Part shown: piece by piece, positions 19,937-29,681 of the stretch
Position numbering within the stretch: the stretch's first letter is position 1
Layout: every line of letters starts with the position of its first letter
Assembly: GCA_025999275.1 (NCBI GenBank)
Contig: AP024680.1
Location: 556,522-620,521 of the forward strand
DNA length: 64,000 nt
Reading direction: 5' to 3'
Origin: Patescibacteria group bacterium
GTDB taxonomy: Bacteria > Patescibacteriota > Microgenomatia > UBA8517
Program-made: the position numbers and the translations under genes
Notes under the pieces: generated by a model
Database searches by the model: none
Told to the model about the DNA's origin: nothing
What the model saw: the letters and a program-made list of their open reading frames with translations, nothing else

Positions 19937-20089
19937 ATGGCCAAAGGCTTTATTAAGAAAAAAGAAGGCCCAAACCAATCGGGGCCAAAATATAGAACTC
20001 CTGATTTTTTTAAGGGAAAAACCTTTAGCCCCAAATCTTCTTTTGCCAAGTTCAATCCTTCAACCTTCAAAATTCAACATAAAGGGTAG
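19937..20089 (+). CDS. Small basic protein (50 aa), absent from the ORF track
   Basis: MAKGFIKKKEG..KFNPSTFKIQHKG; ATG 1 nt after the upstream stop. Confidence 0.6.
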   Translation: MAKGFIKKKEGPNQSGPKYRTPDFFKGKTFSPKSSFAKFNPSTFKIQHKG

Positions 20090-20091
20090 TT

Positions 20092-20196
20092 GAAAGTAGC
20101 AAGTAGCACGTAGTAAGTAGTAAGGGAAAGGAATATAGATTTAGGATTTAGGATTTAGGATTTAGGATTTAAGAATTATGAATAATGAATTAAGAA
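20092..20196. repeat. Modular 7-mer tandem repeat element R1
   Basis: AGTAGCA/AGTAGTA units, (GATTTAG)x4, GAATTAT-GAATAAT-GAATTAA. Confidence 0.85.
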
Positions 20197-20325
20197 AGAC
20201 GGGTAAAAGTGCCTGTTTCAACAACGGGCCCATTATTAACACCCACTTGTTTGCAAAATATTAAACCTGCATTAATATCTATCTTCATCTATCTATTTAT
20301 CCTTTTTTAAGATATAATAGCTCCT

Positions 20326-21201
20326 ATGGCTAAAACAAAGGAAGAAAAAATAACAAGAGTTATTGCTAAAAATGATGATGGCTCAATACAAATAACCTTC
20401 AGTGTGCCTAAAGGAATTGTGGCCAAAGCTGAAGAAAAAGCTTTAAGCGAGATAGGGAAGGACATACAAGTTCCCGGATTCAGAAAAGGAAAAGCGCCAA
20501 TCTCAAAAGTAAAAGAAAATATTCGTCAAGAAGAACTAATTGAAAAAATACTCACTAACACTGTTCTTCCAGCTTTAAGAGAAGCATTTGAAGAAGAAAG
20601 AATAAAACCCATTGTTTATCCAAAATTTGAACTAGTCTCCATCAAAGAGGGTGAAGATTGGCAAGTTAGAGTACTCACTTGCGAGCTTCCAGATGTGGAT
20701 CTGGCAAATTATAAAGAAAAAATAATTAAAGACTTAAAACCAAACCAAATTTGGACTCCAGACAAAAAGGGAGAAGAGAGCACCAAAGAAAGCCGAGAAG
20801 AAAAAGAACAAAAAGTGATTGAGTCTTTGATTAAAAATATAGATATAAAAATTCCAAATCTTTTAATAGAAGAGGAAGTTAATAGCCGTCTATCACAACT
20901 TTTGGAAAGAATAGAAAAGCTTGGGCTAAGTTTGGAAAAATATTTGGAATCGATAGGAAAAACTGCCCAGAGCTTAAGAGAAGAATACGAAAAACAAACA
21001 AAAGAAGCCATTGCTCTTGAATTAATCCTTAACAAAATAGCTCAACAAGAAAATATAAAAGTAGAAGAAAAAGAAGTTGATGAAATATTAAAAATATCAG
21101 GAGAGAATCTTAATAACAAAGATGACCTGCAAAGGAGAGAACTGGTAAAAAATATAATCTCAAGAAGAAAAGCTCTAGAATTTTTAACCTCTTTGATATA
21201 A
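20326..21201 (+). CDS. tig: Trigger factor lacking the PPIase domain
   Basis: VPGFRKGKAP ribosome-binding motif fused directly to the C-domain; 291 aa. Confidence 0.9.
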   Translation: MAKTKEEKITRVIAKNDDGSIQITFSVPKGIVAKAEEKALSEIGKDIQVPGFRKGKAPISKVKENIRQEELIEKILTNTVLPALREAFEEERIKPIVYPKFELVSIKEGEDWQVRVLTCELPDVDLANYKEKIIKDLKPNQIWTPDKKGEESTKESREEKEQKVIESLIKNIDIKIPNLLIEEEVNSRLSQLLERIEKLGLSLEKYLESIGKTAQSLREEYEKQTKEAIALELILNKIAQQENIKVEEKEVDEILKISGENLNNKDDLQRRELVKNIISRRKALEFLTSLI

Positions 21202-21225
21202 AATAATTAGGCTGCCAATAATAAG

Positions 21226-21825
21226 ATGGCAAAATCTGATCTTCATAATAGAAAAGGAAAGAGAAATTATGTTGAAAACCTCAGGGAAAATGATGATTTT
21301 CTTACTTCTTTGGCCTCAAATATCAACCCCCTTGATCTGATTCAAGAGATCGTTGGAATCCAAAAAACAAATGAGGAATATGCAAAAAAAGATTTTAGGC
21401 CCGGCGAATCAATAGAAATATCATCAATCAAGCCATCCGAAAGAAGTTTTTTTAACTTGCCAACCGAGTTTAGTATCTTTAGCCAAGAAAGAAGAGAAAC
21501 TGAAAGAAAAATCGCCGAACTTAAAGCTGAGCTTAAAGCAATTATCAATGAGATAAAGTTGTTGGCAAAATCAACAGAAAATGTAAAAGAAGAAATTAAA
21601 GCAATACCTGAACAGGCACCTGAGGACGCTGGTACTTATCATCTTTTCTTCTTCGAGCAGATATTAAAAATTGTAAGAAACGCTCGTCTTCAAATAGAAA
21701 AAGCCTCTGTTTGGCTCGAGGCCTCAAGCAAAAGATCTCGTATGAAATATTGGACAAGGTATAAAAAGCATGGCTCAAGTTTTCTTCTTTCTGCTGATCA
21801 CTATCTCACCAGATCCGCGGGTTAG
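21226..21825 (+). CDS. Coiled-coil protein, DUF5660-like
   Basis: GTYHLFFFE..WL..YW..KKHGSSFLLS; family assignment from recall. Confidence 0.6.
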   Translation: MAKSDLHNRKGKRNYVENLRENDDFLTSLASNINPLDLIQEIVGIQKTNEEYAKKDFRPGESIEISSIKPSERSFFNLPTEFSIFSQERRETERKIAELKAELKAIINEIKLLAKSTENVKEEIKAIPEQAPEDAGTYHLFFFEQILKIVRNARLQIEKASVWLEASSKRSRMKYWTRYKKHGSSFLLSADHYLTRSAG

Positions 21826-21830
21826 TCAAA

Positions 21831-21851
21831 TGACAAGGACGGACCTTGTCA
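21831..21851. repeat. REP-like palindrome
   Basis: TGACAAGG-ACGGA-CCTTGTCA. Confidence 0.6.
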
Positions 21852-21896
21852 ATAAAGCTTGCAGATTCTCTACTGTTAACATAAAATATGTAACAA

Positions 21897-21970
21897 GGAC
21901 GGTTAGCTCAGTTGGTTAGAGCGTTCGCTTGACGTGCGAAAGGTCAGGGGTTCGAGTCCCTTACCGTCCA
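21897..21970 (+). tRNA. tRNA-Val(GAC)
   Basis: TTCGC-TTGACGT-GCGAA anticodon arm. Confidence 0.95.
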
Positions 21971-22269
21971 CAGTTTTGGAAAATTTAGATTGTCGGGTAA
22001 TGGCACCCGCCGCGCCCACCCCGCGGCGAGTGTTGCAAAGCCCTGTTTATACACCCAAAAAAGACACCGCAATTAAAGAAAAAAAGAAAAACGCAAAAAA
22101 TTTTAACGTCCTAAAACTCAAATGGCGCAATCTGTTGGACACAGAATTGTGCCATCAAAAAAGCAATCCCTTTTTGCTGTGTCCAATAAACCAATAAAAA
22201 TATATCAATTTTCTGGAGGCAAAAGCTACATTTTTTGCTTTTCTGTAAAAAAATTGATATACTACGATT

Positions 22270-23349
22270 ATGCCCGAAGATATAACCAGTGTTAAACAAG
22301 GTATACAAGAAGTAAATCCAGTAGTGGATAAGTTGCGCGAACTCAACCCAATAGAAAAGTTAAGGTCAACTCTAATGGAAGAACATCACCCATACGGGTT
22401 ACTTTTGATGTCAGCGCCTTTTATTTCTGCTGCAGGACCAACGGCATATCACATTGATGATTTAGGATTATCTTCATCTTCACTTTTAGTTTACAGTTCA
22501 TCTGATACAAACCACGGTCAACCAGGAAAATTATTGAAAGACTTTAGTAGTGCGGGTGCACTTGGTTTATTCTCTTCTGGTCATAGCCCTGAAGCCTCAT
22601 TAACTTCTGCAGGTTTTGCTTTATCATCTATGGGTAACGAAGAAGATCAGTTACATATGCCAATTGCAGCGTTGCTCTCCGTTTTAGGTGCTTCGGCTGG
22701 GTCTGATCCAAATTTGGCAAATGCTTTTCGTAATTCGTTTGAATTTACAGCCCCTCAAGCAGAGGCTATGGTTGTTCCTCTTTCGGCTTCCGCCAAACAA
22801 AAAGAAGTCAAATCTTTTTCTCTTAACAGAATGGAAATACGAGATAACAAATTAAGAGTTGGGAGCGTGGTTGCAAATGTATGCGTTTATATTGGGCGAA
22901 AGGAATTTACAATTACTGGTGGAGGGTTAGATAAGCCTTATGTGATTAAACCTGGCGATATTTTTTTAACACTCCATGTTAATCAGAGTGGAGAACAATA
23001 TGCTCAAATGGAACCTATTGCCCGTGTTCGAGCAATTAAGCGCGACTTTCAGAAATTATGTAGATTATTGGAAAAACCTGATCAATTTGAATTATCCGAT
23101 GAACAAAGACAGCAAATAGAGAGATTAAGGGAAGCACCTATGATAGGCGTTAGTCATCTTGTCAAACTGATTGCCGCACGAGGTTTGCCAACCTGGGGTA
23201 TTGAGTCTCTACCAAAACTTGTTCAACAATTTCACACTTTTGATTCCCAAGTTGTTTCTAAATTATTTGGTGGTCAACGGAAGGTGAATTCAATGGACAT
23301 TAGAGTGATGTTTCTCCCCGCATCTATGCGAAGCCAGATAATGGCTTAG
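22270..23349 (+). CDS. Hypothetical protein, possible C-terminal YkoP-like domain
   Basis: 359-aa ORF between two tRNAs; IKPGDIFLTLHVN resembles the YkoP motif (weak). Confidence 0.65.
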   Translation: MPEDITSVKQGIQEVNPVVDKLRELNPIEKLRSTLMEEHHPYGLLLMSAPFISAAGPTAYHIDDLGLSSSSLLVYSSSDTNHGQPGKLLKDFSSAGALGLFSSGHSPEASLTSAGFALSSMGNEEDQLHMPIAALLSVLGASAGSDPNLANAFRNSFEFTAPQAEAMVVPLSASAKQKEVKSFSLNRMEIRDNKLRVGSVVANVCVYIGRKEFTITGGGLDKPYVIKPGDIFLTLHVNQSGEQYAQMEPIARVRAIKRDFQKLCRLLEKPDQFELSDEQRQQIERLREAPMIGVSHLVKLIAARGLPTWGIESLPKLVQQFHTFDSQVVSKLFGGQRKVNSMDIRVMFLPASMRSQIMA

Positions 23350-23515
23350 CATAATTGCTCGGCGGAGCCGAGCAAAAATCGCGCGCGTGAAACATAAGCG
23401 AGGTCGAAAGCTGGGTGTGAAGATGACACTCTAAGTTGATAGAGGCACTCGCAGTGCTACCTTTGAAATTCAGTCCGAATTTTTTCGTAAAGAGTCCACT
23501 CAATTTGTATATAGA

Positions 23516-23589
23516 GGGCCCGTAGCTCAGCTGGCTAGAGCGCCTGGCTGGCAGTCAGGAGGTCAGGGGTTCGATCCCCCTCGGGTCCA
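23516..23589 (+). tRNA. tRNA-Ala(GGC)
   Basis: GGGCCCG..CTGGCAG..CGGGTCCA; G3-U70 pair. Confidence 0.95.
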
Positions 23590-23730
23590 CTACAAAATTT
23601 AGTCATCTATCTACAAAACACTAAATAAAACTAGTAAATTTAAATTATTTTTTTTAAAATTACATTTTTAAAAGTATCGCATTGTATAATTGTCTAGATT
23701 TTTACCCACAAAAGTTTTAATATATCAACA

Positions 23731-25473
23731 ATGGATCAAAACGAAAAATTAAGAGCACTGAGACACACTACCGAACACGTTTTAACTCAGGCTGTTTTGA
23801 GGCTTTTCCCCAAAGTAAAAATGGCTATGGGGCCAGCAACCGATGAGGGTTTCTATTTTGACTTTGACCCCAATGGAGAACAAATTAGCGAAAAAGATTT
23901 TCCCAAAATAGAAGCAGAAATGGAAAAAATTATCAAAGCAGATTTACCACTAAAAAGGGAGGAAATTACTCTTGACGAGGCAAGAAAAGTTTTTGCAGAT
24001 AATCCCTACAAACTTGAATGGTTAGATGAAATTGAAAAAAGAAAAGAAAAACCCACAATCTATAGAACCGGAAATGAATTTGTAGATCTTTGTGCAGGAC
24101 CCCATGTTAGCTCAACTGGCAAAATAAAAGCCTTCAAACTTATCTCTATCGCCGGTGCCTACTGGCATGGAGACGAAAGAAATAAAATGTTAACCCGAAT
24201 TTATGGAACTGCTTTTGAAACAAAAGAAGAGCTTGAAAAATACCTAAAAAATTTAGAGGAAGCAAAAAAAAGAGACCATAGAAAAATCGGCAAAGACTTA
24301 GATCTATTCCTGCTAACAGACGAAGTTGGACCAGGGCTTCTAATACTTAAGCCAAAAGGGGCTATTATAAGGCGAGAAATAGAAAACTTCATAATTGAAG
24401 AACAAACTAAAAGAGGGTATCAGCATGTCTACACCCCTCATATCGGCCGAAAACAACTTTGGAAAACCTCCGGCCATTGGGATTTATACCGGGACAAGAT
24501 GTATTCGCCAATGAAAATAGACCAAGATGAATATTTAGTCAAACCAATGAATTGTCCATTCCATATGGCAGTTTACAAATCTCAAAAAAGAAGCTATAGG
24601 GAACTCCCATTAAGAATTGCTGAAATTGCAACAGTTTATCGCTATGAAAAACCTGGAGAACTTTCAGGAATGTTAAGAGTAAGACACATCACTCAAGATG
24701 ACGCACATATTTTTTGCCGAGAAAACCAAGTAGTTAATGAATTTATAGGGGTATTTGATTATATGTCCTACTTGCTTGAAACATTTGGCCTTAATAATTA
24801 CTACCTAAGGCTAGGTCTAAGATCTCCAAAAGAAAAATATCTTGGCAATGACGAAATATGGGAAAAGGCAGAAAAAGAAATAGTAAAGGCAATAGAGAAA
24901 AAAGGATTGAAATATGTTAAAAGCTATGGAGATGCGGCTTTTTATGGACCAAAGCTTGATGTAATAATTAAAGATGCCATAGGAAGAGAGTGGCAGTGCG
25001 GAACAATACAAGTTGATTTTATGCTTCCAGAGCGTTTTGGTCTTGAGTATGTAAACGAAAAAGGAGAGATAGAAAGACCGGTTTTAATCCACAGAGCTCC
25101 ACTAGGTTCAATCGAGAGGTTTCTTGCCATAATAATTGAAAATTACGCAGGCAACTTTCCAGCTTGGTTATCACCCATACAAGTAAGAGTTTTGCCTATT
25201 ACCGAAAGGAATGTCAAATATGCCCAAGATATTACAGAAAAACTTGAGACAAATGGTATAAGAGCCGAAATCGATTTAAGGAATGAAACCTTGGGAGCAA
25301 AAATACGCGACGCACAACTTGAAAAAGTATATCTAATGGTTATAGTAGGTGACAAAGAAGAAAAAGAAAATAAAGTAGCTGTAAGAAACAGACACGGAAA
25401 AGATAACGGTTTGCAAACAATTGAGTCTCTAATCGAAGACCTTAACAATAAAATAAAACAAAAGCTTCCGTAA
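23731..25473 (+). CDS. thrS: Threonine--tRNA ligase (no N-terminal TGS)
   Basis: LRHTTEH, DLCAGPH, RDHRKIG, KPMNCP, AFYGPK. Confidence 0.98.
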   Translation: MDQNEKLRALRHTTEHVLTQAVLRLFPKVKMAMGPATDEGFYFDFDPNGEQISEKDFPKIEAEMEKIIKADLPLKREEITLDEARKVFADNPYKLEWLDEIEKRKEKPTIYRTGNEFVDLCAGPHVSSTGKIKAFKLISIAGAYWHGDERNKMLTRIYGTAFETKEELEKYLKNLEEAKKRDHRKIGKDLDLFLLTDEVGPGLLILKPKGAIIRREIENFIIEEQTKRGYQHVYTPHIGRKQLWKTSGHWDLYRDKMYSPMKIDQDEYLVKPMNCPFHMAVYKSQKRSYRELPLRIAEIATVYRYEKPGELSGMLRVRHITQDDAHIFCRENQVVNEFIGVFDYMSYLLETFGLNNYYLRLGLRSPKEKYLGNDEIWEKAEKEIVKAIEKKGLKYVKSYGDAAFYGPKLDVIIKDAIGREWQCGTIQVDFMLPERFGLEYVNEKGEIERPVLIHRAPLGSIERFLAIIIENYAGNFPAWLSPIQVRVLPITERNVKYAQDITEKLETNGIRAEIDLRNETLGAKIRDAQLEKVYLMVIVGDKEEKENKVAVRNRHGKDNGLQTIESLIEDLNNKIKQKLP

Positions 25474-25522
25474 AGAATATTGATTTAAATGATTTTTTCT
25501 AGTAAAATGAATTAGGTTTTTT

Positions 25523-26098
25523 TTGAAGAATAAATTGAAAGACATCTTAAGCAACTGGCGAATAAATCAAAAAATAAGAGCTGAGAAAGTAAGAGTTATT
25601 GATGCTGACAAGAAATTTGTCGGCATTATGACTTTAAAAGAGGCTCTTGAAAAAGGCCAAGAATTAGGCCTTGATTTAGTAGAGATTGCGCCAAAAGCCA
25701 ATCCTCCAGTTGTAAGGATGATTGAACTCGGCAAGTTTAAATACGAGCAGGAAAAGCGGCTTAAAAAAGAGAAAAAGGGTGCCAAGGGTGGTGAAACAAA
25801 GGAAATAAGATTCTCACCCTTTATTGCTGAGGCTGATTATCAAAACAGAATTGAAAGAATAAGAGAATTTTTAAAAGAAGGAAATAAAGTAAGAATAGTT
25901 GTCAAATTCAAAGGTGCACAAATGGGTAGTAAAGATTTTGGGTATGATTTAATAAAAAGAGTAATATCAGAGGTTGGCCTACCTATAAATATAGATATGG
26001 AACCAAAATTCTTAGGAAGACATTTAGCTAGCGTCATTTCACCTATGTCAAAATCAAAAAAGGAAGGAGAAAACAAAAATGCCGAAAACCAAAACTAA
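25523..26098 (+). CDS. infC: Translation initiation factor IF-3 (non-ATG start)
   Basis: RINQKIRAEKVRVID, LDLVEIAP..PPV; follows thrS. Confidence 0.95.
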   Translation: MKNKLKDILSNWRINQKIRAEKVRVIDADKKFVGIMTLKEALEKGQELGLDLVEIAPKANPPVVRMIELGKFKYEQEKRLKKEKKGAKGGETKEIRFSPFIAEADYQNRIERIREFLKEGNKVRIVVKFKGAQMGSKDFGYDLIKRVISEVGLPINIDMEPKFLGRHLASVISPMSKSKKEGENKNAENQN

Positions 26099-26282
26099 AA
26101 AAATTATTACCAAAAGGTTTAGATTAACTAAAAAGGGAAAATTATTACGAAAACAAGGGTTTAAAAGGCATCTAAATGCTAAAAAATCGTCTAAAAGAAA
26201 GAGATCTTTGGGAAGAACAGTTAAAACACATAAAACCTGGGCCAAAAAAATAAAAAGGGCTCTAGGTAAAAATAAGTCATAA
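26079..26282 (+). CDS. rpmI: 50S ribosomal protein L35
   Basis: MPKTKTKK..KRFRLT..HLNAKKS. Confidence 0.95.
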   Translation: MPKTKTKKIITKRFRLTKKGKLLRKQGFKRHLNAKKSSKRKRSLGRTVKTHKTWAKKIKRALGKNKS

Positions 26283-26283
26283 A

Positions 26284-26622
26284 ATGGCAAGGACAAAATC
26301 AATAGCATCAAGAAAACATCGAAAGATTTTGAAAAAGGCTAAAGGTTATAGGCAAGCAAGAAGTAGAAGAATAAAAACAGCCAAAGAGGCTGTACTTCAT
26401 GCAGGCCAGTACGCCTATATTGGCAGAAAAAATAAAAAAAGAGATTTGAGAAAGCTTTGGATTATTAGATTAAACGCTGCTGCAAGAAAGGAAGGCATTT
26501 CTTATTCCAAACTTATAAAACTTCTAAAAGAAAATAATGTAGAAATAGACAGAAAAATTCTAAGTAACATCGCTGTTAAATTTCCTGAAGTTTTCAAAAA
26601 AATAGTTGCTAGCCTAAAATGA
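26284..26622 (+). CDS. rplT: 50S ribosomal protein L20
   Basis: AKGY..YAYIGRKNKKRDLRKLWIIRLNAAAR. Confidence 0.97.
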   Translation: MARTKSIASRKHRKILKKAKGYRQARSRRIKTAKEAVLHAGQYAYIGRKNKKRDLRKLWIIRLNAAARKEGISYSKLIKLLKENNVEIDRKILSNIAVKFPEVFKKIVASLK

Positions 26623-26666
26623 CATCTTTAATTTACACCAGCTTTTGCTTTAGAATAATAAAGTAA
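26619..26666 (+). CDS. Putative pheST leader peptide MTSLIYTSFCFRIIK (PheM-like)
   Basis: ATG overlaps the rplT TGA; two TTT Phe codons lie at the end of attenuator segment 1. Confidence 0.65.
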   Translation: MTSLIYTSFCFRIIK

Positions 26667-26717
26667 GGCTGGGGTAAAGTGTTTTTTTACCTCCGCCAGA
26701 AATCGGAGGTTTTTTTT
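26632..26717 (+). promoter_or_regulatory. Ribosome-mediated attenuator upstream of pheS
   Basis: Mutually exclusive helices 1:2, 2:3 and 3:4, with a T8 tract. Confidence 0.75.
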
Positions 26718-27728
26718 ATGAACGAGGAAATAATAAATTTAAAAAACGAAGCTTTTGCACAAATAAACACAGCCAGTGATACAAAAGAGTTGGAAGAAAT
26801 TCGAATTGCTTATTTAGGTAGAAATGGCAAATTAACTTCCTTAATCAAAAGAATAAAAGAAGTGCCCCCAGAAAAAAGATCACAAGTGGGCAGTCTTATT
26901 AACGAAACTAAAAAAAATCTCGAAAATCTCCTCTCAGATAAAAAGCAGGAAATAATCAAAAGCCTAACAGAAAAAAGAGAATGGTTTGACTTAAGTATTC
27001 CAGGAATCAAACCAGAAATGGGCCACAAACACCCCTTAAAAGAGGTCTTAGAGGAGGTTAAGGATGTATTCAGATACCTAGGTTATCAAGTAGCCGAAGG
27101 ACCAGAAATAGAATCAGATTATTACAACTTTGAAGCACTAAATATTCCAAAGGATCATCCGGCACGAGACACTCAGATGACTTTTTATCTAGAAAATGGA
27201 AAAATACTACGAACACAAACCTCAGCTATGCAAGTTAGGGTCATGGAAAAAACAAAACCACCTTTTAGAGTTTTGGTGCCAGGAAGAAATTTCAGATTTG
27301 AACAAGTTGACGCTTCACACGGTTTTGAGTTTTGGCAAGTAGAGGGGTTTGCTGTTGATAAAAATATACGCTTCACCGATTTGTTGGGAACTATCAGTTT
27401 TGTGTTGAAAAAACTTTTTGGGGAAGAAGCAAAATTAAGATTTGCCACAACCAATTTCCCGTTTGTCGAGCCTGGAGTTGATACATACTTACAATGCACT
27501 ATTTGTAAAGGAAAGGGCTGCCCTTTTTGCAAAAACACAGGCTGGAGTGAGATAATGCCTGCCGGAATGATTCACCCTGAAGTTCTAAAAAAGGGAAAAA
27601 TCAATCCACAAGAGTGGCAGGGTTTTGCCTTTGCAATAGGCTTTTCAAGAATTGTTAATCTAAGATATCAAATAGATGATTTAAGAATTCTCACAACACC
27701 GGACATAAGAATTTTATCTCAATTTTAA
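26718..27728 (+). CDS. pheS: Phenylalanine--tRNA ligase alpha subunit
   Basis: YNFEALNIPKDHPAR, LRTQTS, FPFVEP, CTICKGKGCPFC. ATG 26718 follows GGAGGT. Confidence 0.98.
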   Translation: MNEEIINLKNEAFAQINTASDTKELEEIRIAYLGRNGKLTSLIKRIKEVPPEKRSQVGSLINETKKNLENLLSDKKQEIIKSLTEKREWFDLSIPGIKPEMGHKHPLKEVLEEVKDVFRYLGYQVAEGPEIESDYYNFEALNIPKDHPARDTQMTFYLENGKILRTQTSAMQVRVMEKTKPPFRVLVPGRNFRFEQVDASHGFEFWQVEGFAVDKNIRFTDLLGTISFVLKKLFGEEAKLRFATTNFPFVEPGVDTYLQCTICKGKGCPFCKNTGWSEIMPAGMIHPEVLKKGKINPQEWQGFAFAIGFSRIVNLRYQIDDLRILTTPDIRILSQF

Positions 27729-27729
27729 A

Positions 27730-29679
27730 ATGTTAGTTCCAATTTCCTGGCTCAAAGAATACGTAGAAATAAAAATGCCGCTTCAAGATTTGATGTGGCG
27801 CTTAACAGAGATTGGCTTAACTTGCGAAAGGACAGAAAAAATAAATGGAGAAGACGTCCTAGATATAGAAGTTACAGCCAATAGACCAGACTGGATGAGT
27901 ATTTTGGGTGTAGCTCAAGAGGTAGCGGCAATACAAAATACAAAAGTCAAAGAACCCGCTCTAAAAAAGATAAAAATACCCAAAGACAGCTGGCCAATAA
28001 AGCTCGAAAACAATTTTCAAGCAATAAGACGCTGGACAGGAATTATAATCTCAGATATTGAAATTAAACCTTCACCAACGTGGCTTCAAAAGAGATTAAT
28101 CTCAGTTAACTTAAGACCTATAAACAACGTTGTTGATATCACCAATTTTGTAATGTTTGAAATGGGCATCCCCATGCATGCCTTTGATTACGATGAGATT
28201 AAAGGGCATCTAATGAAAGTTGAGCTTGCCAAAGGGGGAGAGGATTTTACTAGCGTCGATGGAATTTCCTATAAACTTCCCAAAAATGCAATAATTATAA
28301 AGGATAACGAAAGAATTATTGATTTAGCAGGAATAAAAGGTGGTTTAAATTCGGGGATAAAACAAACCACAAAAAACATATTTCTCCATTCGACCATAAA
28401 CAATCCAGTCCTGATTAGGAGAGCTTCTATAGCCTTGGGTTTAAGAAGCGATGCATCTGCAATCTATGAAAGGGGACCAGATATAGGAGGAACTACAAAA
28501 GCCATAAACAGAGTGGTAGACCTAATACTTGAAACAGCAGGGGGAAAAGTCTCATCAAAAATTATTGATCTAAAAGATAAAGATTATAAACCATATAACC
28601 TTAAATTAAGACTTGATCGCCTAAGTAATGTACTAGGTATTAATATCAACAAAGAAAACGTGATTAAAATTCTTGACAGTCTCAATCTTAAACCCAAATT
28701 AAAAAATAAAGAAGTAATTTGCCTTATACCAACAAAGAGAAGTGATCTTAAGATTGAAGAAGATTTGATTGAAGAGGTTGCAAGAATCTACGGATATAAC
28801 AAATTTCCACTAACACTACCTCAAGGAGAGGTTAGAAAAGAAAAAATAGCTTATTTTCAAGACGATTCTATTCAAAAAAAATTACGCGAGATAATGATAT
28901 CCTCAGGATATTCAGAAACAATGAATTACTCACTGGTATCAGAAAAAACTATTAAAAATAGCCTTGGAAAGACCGAAAATCATATTAAAATAACAAACCC
29001 AGTAAGTGAGGAGTACCAATATCTTCGCACATCACTTCTACCAAGTTTAATTATGGCAACAAAGATCAACCAAGAAACAAAAATAAAATTATTTGAGATT
29101 GACAAAGTCTTTCCTGAAGAAAATTATAAAATATCAGCAGTTGCAAATGGAGTTGAATTTAGAGAATTCAAGGGTGTAATTGATCTAATACTAGAAAGGC
29201 TCCCGATTTCAGATTATGAAATAATATTTGAAACCAAAGACAATATTTGGCATCCAACAAAAAGCGCAACCATTAAGATAAATGATAAAGAAATTGGCTA
29301 CTTTGGTGAAATCAATCCTCAAGTAAAAGAAAATTTTGGTATAAAAGATATGCTTTGGGCATTTGAGCTTGATATAGAAACTTTACATAAAAATATAAAA
29401 CAAAAGATATATAGACCTATAAGTAACTATCCCCCGCAAATTGAGGATCTAACTTTTACGTTTCCCGCCAAAACAAGGATAAGAGAAGTCATAAATTCAA
29501 TTAAAAAAACCAGTCAATTAATCAAAAAAGTGGAGTTGATAGATATATTTGAAAATGCCTTTACATTCAGAATAATTTACCAGAGTTTTCAAAAAACCCT
29601 AGATAATAAAACTGTAAAGAGAATCAGAGAAAAAATAATAAGAAATTTGAACAAAAATTACGCGGGAAAAATAAAATAA
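27730..29679 (+). CDS. pheT: Phenylalanine--tRNA ligase beta subunit (lacks B2 OB-fold)
   Basis: MLVPISWLKEY, VTANRPD, INNVVDITN, EEDLIEEVARIYGY. Confidence 0.97.
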   Translation: MLVPISWLKEYVEIKMPLQDLMWRLTEIGLTCERTEKINGEDVLDIEVTANRPDWMSILGVAQEVAAIQNTKVKEPALKKIKIPKDSWPIKLENNFQAIRRWTGIIISDIEIKPSPTWLQKRLISVNLRPINNVVDITNFVMFEMGIPMHAFDYDEIKGHLMKVELAKGGEDFTSVDGISYKLPKNAIIIKDNERIIDLAGIKGGLNSGIKQTTKNIFLHSTINNPVLIRRASIALGLRSDASAIYERGPDIGGTTKAINRVVDLILETAGGKVSSKIIDLKDKDYKPYNLKLRLDRLSNVLGININKENVIKILDSLNLKPKLKNKEVICLIPTKRSDLKIEEDLIEEVARIYGYNKFPLTLPQGEVRKEKIAYFQDDSIQKKLREIMISSGYSETMNYSLVSEKTIKNSLGKTENHIKITNPVSEEYQYLRTSLLPSLIMATKINQETKIKLFEIDKVFPEENYKISAVANGVEFREFKGVIDLILERLPISDYEIIFETKDNIWHPTKSATIKINDKEIGYFGEINPQVKENFGIKDMLWAFELDIETLHKNIKQKIYRPISNYPPQIEDLTFTFPAKTRIREVINSIKKTSQLIKKVELIDIFENAFTFRIIYQSFQKTLDNKTVKRIREKIIRNLNKNYAGKIK

Positions 29680-29681
29680 TT

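Noticed and set aside
26623-26717. T-box riboswitch before pheS
   Set aside because: Spacer is under 100 nt and lacks the UGGNACC T-box and specifier stem; the leader-peptide model fits better.
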